From IMG/VR virus record IMGVR_UViG_3300036861_000477: 64,000 nt of DNA; one strand, 5' to 3'. This DNA is from a virus. Under the pieces are notes generated by a model. That model did no database searches. It was not told the DNA's origin and worked only from the letters and a program-made list of their open reading frames with translations. The translations under genes were made by a program, and so were the position numbers. Shown in pieces: positions 38,458 to 48,596 of the stretch (position 1 is the stretch's first letter; each line of letters opens with the position of its first letter).

Positions 38458-38655
38458 ATGACATTCAACGTGCATCATCACGATCCCGACGAGACGCACG
38501 TCATCCCCAAGGTGACGGCACCTCGGCCGATCCAGACACCCTCACCTCGTAAGTCCAGCGACAAGGTGGGTCTGATCATGCTCGGCATGATCTGTGGCTC
38601 GGCGATTCTCATCGCGCTCATCTGCTCGATCGGAGCCGTTCGTGTCTTTGGGTAG
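38458..38655 (+). CDS. Small membrane protein
   Basis: C-terminal TM segment. Confidence 0.5.
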   Translation: MTFNVHHHDPDETHVIPKVTAPRPIQTPSPRKSSDKVGLIMLGMICGSAILIALICSIGAVRVFG

Positions 38656-38908
38656 TCGGCGTGAGCAACTGAATCAACACCTCTCAAACATCGACGAGGA
38701 GCTCGACCGGCTCGATCGCGAGGAACGTGCGCAGCGGCATCGACTCGACATCACCGATTTCAACGACGTTGGGCATCACGAACCCATCGACTGGGGTGCG
38801 CTTACCTGGGCGGGGATCATTCTTCTTAGTGGTGGGATCGTGCTACTCTCGCTCATTCTCCACGCCATCGACATCACGAAGTGGGTGTACCACATTGTCA
38901 CTGGATAA
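38648..38908 (+). CDS. Small membrane protein
   Basis: Coiled-coil N-terminus followed by a TM segment; start uncertain. Confidence 0.4.
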   Translation: MGSRREQLNQHLSNIDEELDRLDREERAQRHRLDITDFNDVGHHEPIDWGALTWAGIILLSGGIVLLSLILHAIDITKWVYHIVTG

Positions 38909-40700
38909 CGTCAAGCTCCACCTCATCGAGACGATGGACGACGTCGCGAAGTTCAACGACTGGCTGAACTCACGTGACCGCGACCAACTCGGCTTCGACA
39001 CAGAGACGACGGGTCTCGATCTCGAGAAGGACCACGTTCGCCTCGTGCAGATCGGCGATGAGGAGGACGGCTGGGCGATGTCCTGGGAACGCTGGTCCGG
39101 TGTGTTTGAGGACACTGTGAAAAAGTTCACGGGAAACTGGGTCGCGCACAACGCACCGTACGATCAGCACATGACCGCGAAAGCGGGCATCAAGGTCGAG
39201 CGATCACAGATCCTGGATGCCCGACCCATGGCGCACATCGTCGATCCCACGGGTTCCATGGCCCTGAAACCTCTGTCAGGTCGGTACGTCGATAAGCGCG
39301 CCGGCAACGCGCAGCAGGACCTCGACGACGGTGTCGCCAACTGGGGTTGGGCGAACATCCCGATCAACTTCGAGCCGTACTGGTCGTACGGCGCGCTGGA
39401 TCCCGTCCTGACGATGCAACTCGGACGAGAGCTCTGGACTCGCGTCGTGGATCACGGCGCGACGAAGGCGTTCGATGTGGAGAACGCCGTCCAGTGGATC
39501 ACGCACGACATGGGTCGCTACGGCACGAACATCGACACGCGGTACGCGCTAACGCACTACGAGAAGTTCAACGAGTACTGTGATCTAGCCGAGATGTGGT
39601 GTAAGAAGGAGTACAACGTCTCGCCCGGTTCGAACGCGGCGGTCATCAAGGTGCTCCACGAGGCGGGCGTCGAGTTCACGAAGCGCACCAAGGGTGGTGC
39701 CATCTCGTTGGACGCCGACGTGCTCGAGGGGATCGACCACCCACTCGCGCAGACCGTGCTCAAGCGCCGTAAGCTGCAAAAGCTCGCGTCTACATACCTC
39801 AAGCACTACATCACCGAGGTCGACGGTGACAGCCTCATCCATCCGTCGTTCAACACACTGGGTGCTCGCACGTCACGCATGTCGATGTCGAACCCGAACA
39901 TGCAGAACCTGCCACGTGTGAGCGAGTACAACCACGCGACCACCGTGATCCGCAACTGCGTGCACGCACGACCCGAGCACACGCTCATCTTCTGTGACTT
40001 CTCACAGATCGAGATGCGCATGCTCGCGTGGCTCTGCAAGGACCCGGGTCTCGTCGCCGCGTTCCTCTCCGGTGATGACTTCTTCGTGAGTCTGGCCCAG
40101 CAGGTGTACCACGACCTGTCGATCGATAAGAAGCATCCACTTCGCCAGCGAGTTAAGAACGTCGGCTACGCGAAGATCTACGGTGCGGGTGACGAGAAGA
40201 TCGCGGTCACCGCCGGTGTGCCGTACGCCGGGGGTCGTGCATCACGCATCGCGTTCGACCAGGCGTTCCCACTCGTATCCGAGTACGTGAACATCAACTT
40301 CCATGAGGCGATGCTCAACAAGTCCGTGTTCGGTTACCCATTCGTGAACTGCCCACTCACGGGTCGCCGGCATCCCGCGGACTCGGGTAAGGAGTACACA
40401 CTCGTGAACTTCCAGATCCAAGGTGCGGCGGCCGTGCTCTTTAAGATGAAGATGCTCGAGCTCGATCAAGCCGGACTTGGCCCGTGGATGATGCTCGCGG
40501 TACACGACGAGATTATTCTTGATGTTCCGAACGAATACGTGCCCGATGCGGTGCACAAGCTTCAGCAGGTAATGAATGACGATGTGATCATGGCCCCCGT
40601 GCCGATCACCGCCGAGGTGTCCTTCGGTCAGCGCTGGGGTGAGAAGCACGACTGGAACGAAGCTCTGTGGAGGGAGCTCACCTATGCCCAGGCCACTTAG
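38895..40700 (+). CDS. polA: Family A DNA polymerase with 3'-5' exonuclease
   Basis: FDTETTGLD, AHNA.YD, CDFSQIEMR, KNVGYAKIYG and VHDEI; start taken at TTG 38895. Confidence 0.93.
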   Translation: MSLDNVKLHLIETMDDVAKFNDWLNSRDRDQLGFDTETTGLDLEKDHVRLVQIGDEEDGWAMSWERWSGVFEDTVKKFTGNWVAHNAPYDQHMTAKAGIKVERSQILDARPMAHIVDPTGSMALKPLSGRYVDKRAGNAQQDLDDGVANWGWANIPINFEPYWSYGALDPVLTMQLGRELWTRVVDHGATKAFDVENAVQWITHDMGRYGTNIDTRYALTHYEKFNEYCDLAEMWCKKEYNVSPGSNAAVIKVLHEAGVEFTKRTKGGAISLDADVLEGIDHPLAQTVLKRRKLQKLASTYLKHYITEVDGDSLIHPSFNTLGARTSRMSMSNPNMQNLPRVSEYNHATTVIRNCVHARPEHTLIFCDFSQIEMRMLAWLCKDPGLVAAFLSGDDFFVSLAQQVYHDLSIDKKHPLRQRVKNVGYAKIYGAGDEKIAVTAGVPYAGGRASRIAFDQAFPLVSEYVNINFHEAMLNKSVFGYPFVNCPLTGRRHPADSGKEYTLVNFQIQGAAAVLFKMKMLELDQAGLGPWMMLAVHDEIILDVPNEYVPDAVHKLQQVMNDDVIMAPVPITAEVSFGQRWGEKHDWNEALWRELTYAQAT

Positions 40701-40941
40701 CGACTGGCTTCACACGCCCGTTGTCGTGCCGACCAGTGACACCAAGGCTGACAAGATCGACAAACTTACGCAGCATACGAAGTCGGTGACGCTCAACCCA
40801 CGACGTTGTACCGTGTCCGAGTGTGACGAGCTTCTCGATCCACGTACGTCAGTGCTGCGAGTGCTTCCCGATAAGACCATTGGAAGGATCTGCCCGTCGT
40901 GCGACTCACAGCTACGGACTCGCTCTGGATCATCGGAGTAG
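40684..40941 (+). CDS. Small Zn-binding protein
   Basis: C...C and CPSC motifs. Confidence 0.4.
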   Translation: MPRPLSDWLHTPVVVPTSDTKADKIDKLTQHTKSVTLNPRRCTVSECDELLDPRTSVLRVLPDKTIGRICPSCDSQLRTRSGSSE

Positions 40942-41375
40942 ACCCCGGTAAGGTGACGGGACTGGTCCTCTATCACGGGTGTAAGATCATCGATAAAGCG
41001 TCACTAAGCGTTGACGCTGTTGCGCCCTGGGTCACTCGACGACTCGATCGTATCGAGTCACCGTGTGATCCCAACGCGAAGGTGTTCATTGGGGTCGAGC
41101 GCTACAACATCGGTGGCAACACGGTGAAGATGAGTCGGCAACCGGACGCACTTGACGTCACCGGTCGACTTCGCAATGTTGCGCGCGGTCGTAGCAATGT
41201 AGCTGTGCGCACCTTCAACGCGTCCGACGCGAAGGCACTCGGAAGTCCTAAGACACTTCGTCGCATCGGCTGGTGGGTACCCGGACACCTTCACATCAGC
41301 GATGCGGCGGCGCAAGCTCTCATCACCTTAGCAACGGTGCGACCCAGTGAGTTCGAGCTGGTCATTGATGTGTGA
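40899..41375 (+). CDS. RuvC-like Holliday junction resolvase
   Basis: IIGVDPG..TG, VFIGVE and H..DAA. Confidence 0.75.
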   Translation: MRLTATDSLWIIGVDPGKVTGLVLYHGCKIIDKASLSVDAVAPWVTRRLDRIESPCDPNAKVFIGVERYNIGGNTVKMSRQPDALDVTGRLRNVARGRSNVAVRTFNASDAKALGSPKTLRRIGWWVPGHLHISDAAAQALITLATVRPSEFELVIDV

Positions 41376-41408
41376 TATAGTTCCATCAAGGACAAGAGGA
41401 GGACAAGG

Positions 41409-43277
41409 ATGCCAGTCGCTGAATTGAATGACGACGGAACACGAATCAACGTCCAGACCGTGTACACCGAGAAGGAGCTCATCAAGCGAGTTCCGGGTGC
41501 ACTCTACGACGGCACGCAGAAGATCTGGCACGTGCCTAAGACGTGGCCGGCGTGTCTCCAGCTCCGAGGTGTCTTCGGTACATCACTCACCATCGGTGAT
41601 GAGCTACGTAAGTGGGCAACACTGGAGCGCACCATGCGGGTGCAAAACATCCTAGAACTTCGCGATGTGCTTACGCCCGCGAACGTGATGCCGTGCTACT
41701 CACCTGATCTTTATCCATTCCAAGCCGCCGGTGTGGACTTCTTCAACGCCACGGGTCGCACGCTTCTTGGCGATGAGATGGGCACGGGCAAGACTATTCA
41801 AGCGCTTGAGACCCTACGACACGCGCACGAGCACGGCCCAGATGTTCTTCCTGCACTCGTGATCTGTCCCAACACTACGAAGTACAATTGGGAAGATGAG
41901 ACCGCACGCTGGTTCCCGGCCGTGCGCACCTACGTGATCTCGGGCGGTCTCGTCCAGCGGCGCAAGATCCTCAAGGCCGCGAGAGCCGATCCACTGGCGA
42001 TCGTCATCATCAACATTGAGGGTGTTCGTGGTCACTCGCGACTCGCGCCTTACGGCTCCGTTCGCCTTAAGCGCTGCGTCTCGTGCTCGGGTGGCGACGT
42101 CACCGCGGTCAGCGAGTCTCGTTGTGAAGTGCATCCCAAGGAGCTTAACGGGTTCGGGTTCAAGACGGTGATCTTTGATGAGGCGCACCGGATGAAGGAG
42201 CCGAAGGCACTCCAAACTCGCGCGGCTTGGGCGGTGGGGCATGACCCGTCGGTCACTGAACGGTGGGCACTCACCGGCACACCGATCGCCAACGACCCAT
42301 CGGACCTCTGGTCGCTTCTTCACTTCATCGACCCCATCGGGTTCCCGCGTCGATCGGCCTTCATCGACCGCTACTGCTTGCAATCGTGGAACAGCTACGG
42401 TGGCCTCTCCGTCATCGGTGTGAAGCCTGAGACCCGTGATGAGTTCCACGCGATCCTCAACACGTACTTCCGTCGTGTCACCAAGGCGATGGTCCTCGAC
42501 CAGCTGCCGAAGAAGGTTCGCACGACGATCCTCGTGGACATGGAGCCCAAGCAGGCGAAGGCGTACCAAGAGATGGGGGACAGCCTCGTCACGCGACTCG
42601 AGGACGGGCAGCTTCTCATCGCGCGATCGAACCTCGTCGCGCAGATTCGACTGCTCCAGCTCGCGGCGTCGTACTGCACCCTAGAGAAGCCCGACCCCGA
42701 AGATTCCAAGACGTGGATTCTCACACCGACCGATCCGTCACCGAAGATCGATGCACTCGTCGAGATCCTTGAGGATGCAGCGAAGCCGGTCGTCGTCGCA
42801 GCTGCCCAGCGCAAGCTTATCGAGCTCGCGTCAAAGCGACTTACCAAGCTCAAGATCCCGCACGCTCTCATCACGGGTAAGGTCGACGAGTGGGATCGTA
42901 AGAAGGCACTTGAGGACCTCAAGGACGGTCGCATCAAGGCACTCCTCTTCACGATGAAGGCGGGTGGTACGGGCCTCAACATGACCGCCGCCGACACGAT
43001 CGTCTTCCTACAGCGCGACTGGTCGATGATCGAGAACATCCAGTCCGAGGACCGGGTGCACCGCATCGGTTCCGAGATCCACGAGTCCATCAACGTGATC
43101 GACATCGTCGCACGTGGAACCGTCGAGGAAGACGTCATCCAGCGGTACGTGGAGAAGCGCGTGCGACTGGACGAGATCACTCGTGACCGTGAACGCCTTC
43201 GCGCACTGGGCCATACCACGACCGAGCTCGACGAGCTCGAGGCGTCACTCACTTCGGGATTCTTGGGGGAGCTGTGA
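41409..43277 (+). CDS. SNF2-family helicase
   Basis: GDEMGTGKT, DEAH, LTGTP, GGTGLNMT and QSEDRVHRIG. Confidence 0.92.
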   Translation: MPVAELNDDGTRINVQTVYTEKELIKRVPGALYDGTQKIWHVPKTWPACLQLRGVFGTSLTIGDELRKWATLERTMRVQNILELRDVLTPANVMPCYSPDLYPFQAAGVDFFNATGRTLLGDEMGTGKTIQALETLRHAHEHGPDVLPALVICPNTTKYNWEDETARWFPAVRTYVISGGLVQRRKILKAARADPLAIVIINIEGVRGHSRLAPYGSVRLKRCVSCSGGDVTAVSESRCEVHPKELNGFGFKTVIFDEAHRMKEPKALQTRAAWAVGHDPSVTERWALTGTPIANDPSDLWSLLHFIDPIGFPRRSAFIDRYCLQSWNSYGGLSVIGVKPETRDEFHAILNTYFRRVTKAMVLDQLPKKVRTTILVDMEPKQAKAYQEMGDSLVTRLEDGQLLIARSNLVAQIRLLQLAASYCTLEKPDPEDSKTWILTPTDPSPKIDALVEILEDAAKPVVVAAAQRKLIELASKRLTKLKIPHALITGKVDEWDRKKALEDLKDGRIKALLFTMKAGGTGLNMTAADTIVFLQRDWSMIENIQSEDRVHRIGSEIHESINVIDIVARGTVEEDVIQRYVEKRVRLDEITRDRERLRALGHTTTELDELEASLTSGFLGEL

Positions 43278-44224
43278 GGATCCGACGCATCTCGAACTCC
43301 GAGATCCAGACACACAAGGAGTGCCCACGTAAGTGGTGGCTGGCGTGGCATCGTGGTCTGCGACCACGTCGTCCCTCGGTACTTGGCGCGCTGGCCATAG
43401 GTACGCGAATCCACGTGGCTCTGGCCGGCTGGTACGTCCCTAGGGGTGAGAAACCCCGGGATCCGTTAGTTACCCTGACCGAGCTTCTGACCGAGGCTAG
43501 CAAGAGTCTCATGGCCGCGAACGCGACACCCGAAGAGTACAAGATCTTCGCGAGCGAAGCAAACCTGCAGGAGATCATGCTCGAGGGCTACATGGAGTGG
43601 ATCGCCGAGACGGGTGTGGACGAGCCGTATGAGGTGATCGAGTCGGAGTCGTACGTCGAGCGTGTGTTCATGGAGGTACCACTCTTCGATCTGCAGGTCG
43701 TGATCATTGGCCGGCTGGACGTTCGTCTTCGCCGCCTTAGTGACGGTGCGATCATGTTCCTCGATCACAAGACGACCGCGTCCATCCTCCAGTCGATCAA
43801 GGGTCTGCGGATGAACCCGCAGATGCGGATGTACCGGACTCTTCTTCACGGCGACGCAAACGAACCAGGTGGCGCGATCTACTCGATGATCCGCAAGGTG
43901 AAGCGAACGATCAAGGCAACACCGCCGTTTTACCACCGTGAAGAGTTGACCTTCAACCCACACGAACTCGAGAACTTCCAGCGGCAGCTTCGGGGAAGCA
44001 TCTCGAAGATCTTTATGGACGAAGAAAACCTCATCCAGGCACCCGAGGGTCATCATGTGTTCGTGCCACCCACCCCGGGTTCACACTGCAGCTACTGCCC
44101 GTTCGAGCGAGCGTGTCCGATGTTCGACGACGGCTCACGGGTCGAAGACTTCATCAATGAGAACTTTATCGTTGGTGAGGCGTTAGAGTACTACGGAAGG
44201 GAGGACCTCACACGGCATGGCTGA
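43274..44224 (+). CDS. Cas4/RecB-like PD-(D/E)XK exonuclease
   Basis: CPRKWWL, GRLDV...DHKT, QMRMY and C..CPF...C. Confidence 0.85.
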   Translation: MRIRRISNSEIQTHKECPRKWWLAWHRGLRPRRPSVLGALAIGTRIHVALAGWYVPRGEKPRDPLVTLTELLTEASKSLMAANATPEEYKIFASEANLQEIMLEGYMEWIAETGVDEPYEVIESESYVERVFMEVPLFDLQVVIIGRLDVRLRRLSDGAIMFLDHKTTASILQSIKGLRMNPQMRMYRTLLHGDANEPGGAIYSMIRKVKRTIKATPPFYHREELTFNPHELENFQRQLRGSISKIFMDEENLIQAPEGHHVFVPPTPGSHCSYCPFERACPMFDDGSRVEDFINENFIVGEALEYYGREDLTRHG

Positions 44225-44960
44225 AGATGAAGAGATCCTGTCGATGCTCATCCACGCGGGATCGAAGCAGGGTAAGTCCACACTCGCCAGCACGGCACCG
44301 TTGCCGCTGCTCGTGCTCGATGCGGAGGGTTCGTGGAAGTTCATCCGTGAGGCGGGCTTCAAGTCGGGAGTGCCTCTGCGGAAGATCAAGTGGAATCCTC
44401 TCTCGGAGGAGATCCCACAGCACGACGGAACGTGGGACGTCTGCGTCGTCAACGTGCGAGACTGGCAGACGATGGTGATGGTGTACCAGCACCTCACACA
44501 GCGGCAGCACCAGTTTCGCACGATCATCTGGGACTCGATCACCGAGGTCCAGCGCAAGTGTCGCGCCGCACTCAAGGGAGCCGACGCGATGCAGATCCAG
44601 GACTGGGGTGTCCTACTCACGCAGATGGACGACCTCATCCGCAAGTACCGTGACTTGACCCTCATCGGCGGCAGCATCAAGTGTGCCATTTTCATCGCCG
44701 AGACGAAGATGAAGGAGGGTAAGTGGCGGCCCCAGATGCAGGGCCAGATCGGTGATTCACTGCCGTACTGGGTCGACATCTGCGGATGGCTCTACACGAT
44801 GTTCACCAATGACGAATCGGGTCAGCCGACCGTCGTACGCAAGGTGCTGCACATCGGGCCCAGTGACCACTGGGAGTCCGGTGAACGAGTCCAAGGCGCG
44901 CTTCCTGAGGCCATCCTCGATCCGAACATCGGTAGTATGATCAAGGCCGTCTACACGTAA
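44217..44960 (+). CDS. AAA ATPase (Sak4/AAA_24-like recombination protein)
   Basis: GSKQGKSTLA, LDAEG and IIWDSITE. Confidence 0.8.
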   Translation: MAEDEEILSMLIHAGSKQGKSTLASTAPLPLLVLDAEGSWKFIREAGFKSGVPLRKIKWNPLSEEIPQHDGTWDVCVVNVRDWQTMVMVYQHLTQRQHQFRTIIWDSITEVQRKCRAALKGADAMQIQDWGVLLTQMDDLIRKYRDLTLIGGSIKCAIFIAETKMKEGKWRPQMQGQIGDSLPYWVDICGWLYTMFTNDESGQPTVVRKVLHIGPSDHWESGERVQGALPEAILDPNIGSMIKAVYT

Positions 44961-45006
44961 CCAACACAACCACAATCGACACACAACCACAAGCAAAGGA
45001 ACTGAA

Positions 45007-45612
45007 GTGGCAGACCTGAACTTCAAGCAACTCCGCCAGGACGCGATGACCGTGATCACCGGTCTGTTCGTGGCAAGCATCGTCGAGGCGACGGTGGTGA
45101 CGAACTCCAAGGGCAATCCGATGATCAAGACGAAGTGGAAGATCCAGTCGGGTCCGTATGCCGGCCGGCCGCTCTACAACAACTTCAACATCACGGTGGA
45201 CTCCCCCGCGGCGCTGAAGATGTTCTTCGGTCAGATGAGCATCCTCGGGATGGACGCGGCGTATTTCGACCGGCTGCCGAGTGGTGACGCCGGTGTGAAC
45301 CAGATCGCCCGGGACATGATCGGCAAGACTGCCGAGCTGAAGGTCGGTTCGCGCATGTGGAACGGCACCGAGCAAGAGAACATCGAGGAGATCCGTGCTG
45401 CGCCTGCCGGTTTCGGCGGTTCCGGCCCGGCCACCGGTGGTGTACTCCCGCAGGCGCTGCCCGCGCAGACCTCCAGCACCCCCGTCGCGGTCGCTACCAC
45501 TCCCGCCGCAGTTCCGTCCGCAACCCCCGCGTCGGTGACTTCGGCTCCCGCTGAGCCCGTGACCGTCTCGCCGGCGTCGCCGTCATCGCCGCCGCCCAGC
45601 GATCCGTTCTAG
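45007..45612 (+). CDS. SSB-like OB-fold protein (DUF669-like)
   Basis: SKGNPMIK.KW.I..GPYAGR motif; low-complexity Pro/Ala/Ser tail ending in PF. Confidence 0.65.
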   Translation: MADLNFKQLRQDAMTVITGLFVASIVEATVVTNSKGNPMIKTKWKIQSGPYAGRPLYNNFNITVDSPAALKMFFGQMSILGMDAAYFDRLPSGDAGVNQIARDMIGKTAELKVGSRMWNGTEQENIEEIRAAPAGFGGSGPATGGVLPQALPAQTSSTPVAVATTPAAVPSATPASVTSAPAEPVTVSPASPSSPPPSDPF

Positions 45613-45624
45613 TTCCAGCGAACG

Positions 45625-45664
45625 TGGTATAGTCAGGGTGGAGCCCACAAATTGGGCTCCACCC
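45625..45664 (+). promoter_or_regulatory. Extended -10 promoter followed by a 12-bp hairpin at the head of the glycosylation operon
   Basis: TG-G-TATAGT at 45625-33; GGGTGGAGCCCA-caaat-TGGGCTCCACCC. Confidence 0.55.
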
Positions 45665-45693
45665 GTGTTCATTAAGAGACGAGAGGACAACGA

Positions 45694-47040
45694 GTGGGAC
45701 GCAACATTCTCTACGGCAAGCTTGGGCGAAGCATGCCTCTCACACTGGAAAAGTGTGGAACCCTCGGCGGTGACATCGAGATGTCGGCCGTCTTGACCCT
45801 ACTAGCGAACAGGTATCCCGACGATCGGATCATCCTTATCGGCCGCAACTCCGGTGAGGATCCCCGAGCGATCGGCCTGCCGGCGAACGTGTACAACCCG
45901 TGGCACGTGTTCGGTGATGATGTTCGACGAGACCTCAAGCAGCTCGGGTTCAAGGGCAACATGACCCCCACCGAGCAGCATCGCTACGGTGACGTGATCG
46001 ACAAGTACACGCTGCCGTACTTTCACGCGGCCGATGCGATCGTCATGTGGGTGGGCCAGCACGGCACGTCCAACCATCCACTCCCCAAGGTCGAGGATCG
46101 TTCGGTCTGGACGAAGCCGCAGGATGCGTTCGCCCACTACGCCGGATTCATCCTCCGCGGCATCAATGAGTGGCGCGAGATCAACCCGCTCGAGCGTGAG
46201 GAGATCTGGCTCAACGCCGACCCGCGCAACTACCACAAGATGCGCGACCTCAAGTGGCCACTTCGTCACCCGATCCTCACGCAGTACAACTTCACGCACG
46301 CGATCAAGCACGAGCGCTACGAGGACACGATTCCGCCAGGAATACTGGGTTTTGAGCACTACGCGAAGGCCGTGAACGGCGTTTGGGAGTCCACGACCAG
46401 CAACGTGTACTCACGCCTCGAGCTCAATGCACTCGTGCCGGGCACGCCCAGTGGCGACCTGCTCTCGTACAACAACTCGTGGGAGGGACGCGAGCCGTTC
46501 GGTCTCGTGATCAACGAGGCACGCGCGATCGGTCTGCCACAGCGTAAGACGCGGCTCCAGATCATGCACGACTGGGTAATGCCGCTTAACCCACACTTCA
46601 TCCACGGCACGTGGTCGAACGAGGCCATGGGAAGTCTTCAGGGCCGCTGGGGCATCAAGAAGATTACTTCACTTCCGTGGCACTTCTACACCGCTACGAT
46701 GCACCGTGTTCTCTCTACGTTCACGACACCGTCCAGTGGTTCCGGCTGGGCGACGACGAAACCGTGGGAGGCGTTCGGACTCGGCGTGGTTTGCTTCTTC
46801 CATCCGGACTACGACGACCAGGACAACATCCTGCGTGATGCTCCGAGGGATCTGCACGAGTGGCTTCGCCCGCGAACCCCAGGTGACCTCGCGAAGCGCG
46901 TGCGACACCTGAGCACCCCCGCAGGCCGGTCCGACTGGGAGGCTCTCGTCGCACTCCAGTACGATCACTTCCGCAAGAACGTCGACGATCCACTGTTTAT
47001 GTCATACATTAACTACCGCTTGGAGGGTTCTTACTCGTGA
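45694..47040 (+). CDS. GT-B glycosyltransferase resembling T4 DNA beta-glucosyltransferase
   Basis: C-terminal WATTKPWEAFGLGVVCFFHPDYD...GDLAKRVRHL...LVALQYDHF parallels recalled T4 BGT FITLRVWETMASDAVMLIDEEFD...AELIDRVNEL...MLSIQHDIL. Confidence 0.65.
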   Translation: MGRNILYGKLGRSMPLTLEKCGTLGGDIEMSAVLTLLANRYPDDRIILIGRNSGEDPRAIGLPANVYNPWHVFGDDVRRDLKQLGFKGNMTPTEQHRYGDVIDKYTLPYFHAADAIVMWVGQHGTSNHPLPKVEDRSVWTKPQDAFAHYAGFILRGINEWREINPLEREEIWLNADPRNYHKMRDLKWPLRHPILTQYNFTHAIKHERYEDTIPPGILGFEHYAKAVNGVWESTTSNVYSRLELNALVPGTPSGDLLSYNNSWEGREPFGLVINEARAIGLPQRKTRLQIMHDWVMPLNPHFIHGTWSNEAMGSLQGRWGIKKITSLPWHFYTATMHRVLSTFTTPSSGSGWATTKPWEAFGLGVVCFFHPDYDDQDNILRDAPRDLHEWLRPRTPGDLAKRVRHLSTPAGRSDWEALVALQYDHFRKNVDDPLFMSYINYRLEGSYS

Positions 47041-48101
47041 AGACCGCTGTCATCATGCCGACCATTCGTGTGCCGCAGAACATCGCGGCGTGGATGGCGC
47101 TGCTCGACCCCGAGACCGACGTGGTCATCATCGCCGGCAACGCGAAGTCTCCGCACGTCGACATTCTCGACCGCCTCGACGAGTTCGCCGTGCCGTCGAT
47201 CTACCTACACCCGGAGCAGATGAAGCCCTGGGCAATCGATGAGTTCATGGAGCCGAACCACACGCATCGGCGCAACTTCGCACTCCTCGAGGCGATCAAG
47301 TTTCAGCCGGACGTGCTCGTCACCATCGATGACGACAACTTCCCGTACATGTCGACGTGGCTTCAGGGCGTGAAAGCCTTGCTCACGGAACCGAACCGCC
47401 GGCCGCTGATCTTCTCGGCGAACGGGTGGTGGAACCCGGGTAACATCTGCTCACCCCGGGTGCTCCACCGTGGGTTCCCCCTCAAGCACCGCGATGAGCA
47501 GACCACCGTCGAGTTGCAGGCCGACAACGAACGGATCGGCGTCGTCGCGAGTCTCTGGCTCGGTGATCCGGACATCAACGCGTTCGAGCGCATCTACAAT
47601 GACCCGCAGGTGCAGCACGTCAACGGATCGGTGACGCTCGGCAAGGGCGTGTGGGCACCGTTCGACTCGCAGTCAACGGCGCTTGCCGGCGAACTCGCGC
47701 CTCTTCTCTACATGTGGCCCGGTGTCGGACGGTATGACGACATCTGGTCATCATACGTCGCACGTGCGGTGATGGACTTGACCGGCTGGTACGTCACGTA
47801 CGGCCACCCCACGGTGATCCAAACGCGTAACCCGCACAACCTTATCCGTGACCTCAAGGACGAGCTCTACGGGTATGAGCACACCGAAGAGCTGTGCGAC
47901 AACCTCCGCGGCATCGTTGAAGACATGGGCACCACGGGACAGCTCCGGCAGCCGTCGGTACTGCAGGTGTTCACGGAGGTTACAGAACGACTCTGGGACA
48001 TCAAGGTAATCCCGTATCGCACCCGTGAGAGCTTCATGGCGTGGCTCGAGGACCTCCAGACCCTGCACACCTACGGTAACCTTAAGGAGGGCACAGTCTG
48101 A
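47037..48101 (+). CDS. RGP/GT75-like protein (UDP-arabinopyranose mutase-like, GT-A fold)
   Basis: PTIR, TIDDD, RGFP, LWLGDPD and GRYDDIW match recalled plant RGP motifs PTIR, TIDDD, RGYP, LWLNIPD and GRYDDMW. Confidence 0.7.
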   Translation: MKTAVIMPTIRVPQNIAAWMALLDPETDVVIIAGNAKSPHVDILDRLDEFAVPSIYLHPEQMKPWAIDEFMEPNHTHRRNFALLEAIKFQPDVLVTIDDDNFPYMSTWLQGVKALLTEPNRRPLIFSANGWWNPGNICSPRVLHRGFPLKHRDEQTTVELQADNERIGVVASLWLGDPDINAFERIYNDPQVQHVNGSVTLGKGVWAPFDSQSTALAGELAPLLYMWPGVGRYDDIWSSYVARAVMDLTGWYVTYGHPTVIQTRNPHNLIRDLKDELYGYEHTEELCDNLRGIVEDMGTTGQLRQPSVLQVFTEVTERLWDIKVIPYRTRESFMAWLEDLQTLHTYGNLKEGTV

Positions 48102-48583
48102 TGGACCGCCTTGCGGGCATGCTCAACAAGCAGTCATTGCTGCAGTCGAGCACGTACAAGAATCACATCGAGTTCATGACCGATGAAGAGCGCGTCGAGT
48201 TCATCCGCATGAATGTGCTCGCGCTCACCGACGAGCTTCACGAGGCTCTTGCCGAGACCGGCTGGAAGCCGTGGGCCACCAGTAAGCACGTCAACGATGA
48301 AGCGTACTTCGGTGAGCTCGTCGACGCGTGGCACTTCCTCATGAATCTCATGCTCGCCGTGGGCGCGAACCCGTCGGACGTCGCGACCATGCTCTACGAG
48401 CGCTACACCGACAAGCACAACATCAACATCCAGCGGCAGGTTGACGGCTACGACGGTGTCTCCACGAAGTGCCCGGGTTGCGGTCGAGCACTCGACGATG
48501 ATGCGGTGAAGTGCTTCGTGTATCCACTCGGTGCAGACGCGTGGTGTGATACGAACCACAAGAACATTCGCCTCAAAGGTTGA
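48101..48583 (+). CDS. All-alpha dNTP pyrophosphatase (dCTPase/dUTPase type)
   Basis: DELHEAL...GWKPW and GELVDAWHFLMNL. Confidence 0.8.
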   Translation: MDRLAGMLNKQSLLQSSTYKNHIEFMTDEERVEFIRMNVLALTDELHEALAETGWKPWATSKHVNDEAYFGELVDAWHFLMNLMLAVGANPSDVATMLYERYTDKHNINIQRQVDGYDGVSTKCPGCGRALDDDAVKCFVYPLGADAWCDTNHKNIRLKG

Positions 48584-48596
48584 TAAGGTTCGATCC

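Noticed and set aside
43274-44224. CRISPR-Cas locus (Cas4)
   Set aside because: No repeat-spacer array or other cas genes; it sits in a standard phage recombination module.
45400-45612. Pro/Ala/Ser/Thr-rich stretch as a repeat element
   Set aside because: Low-complexity tail of the SSB-like protein; no tandem DNA unit.
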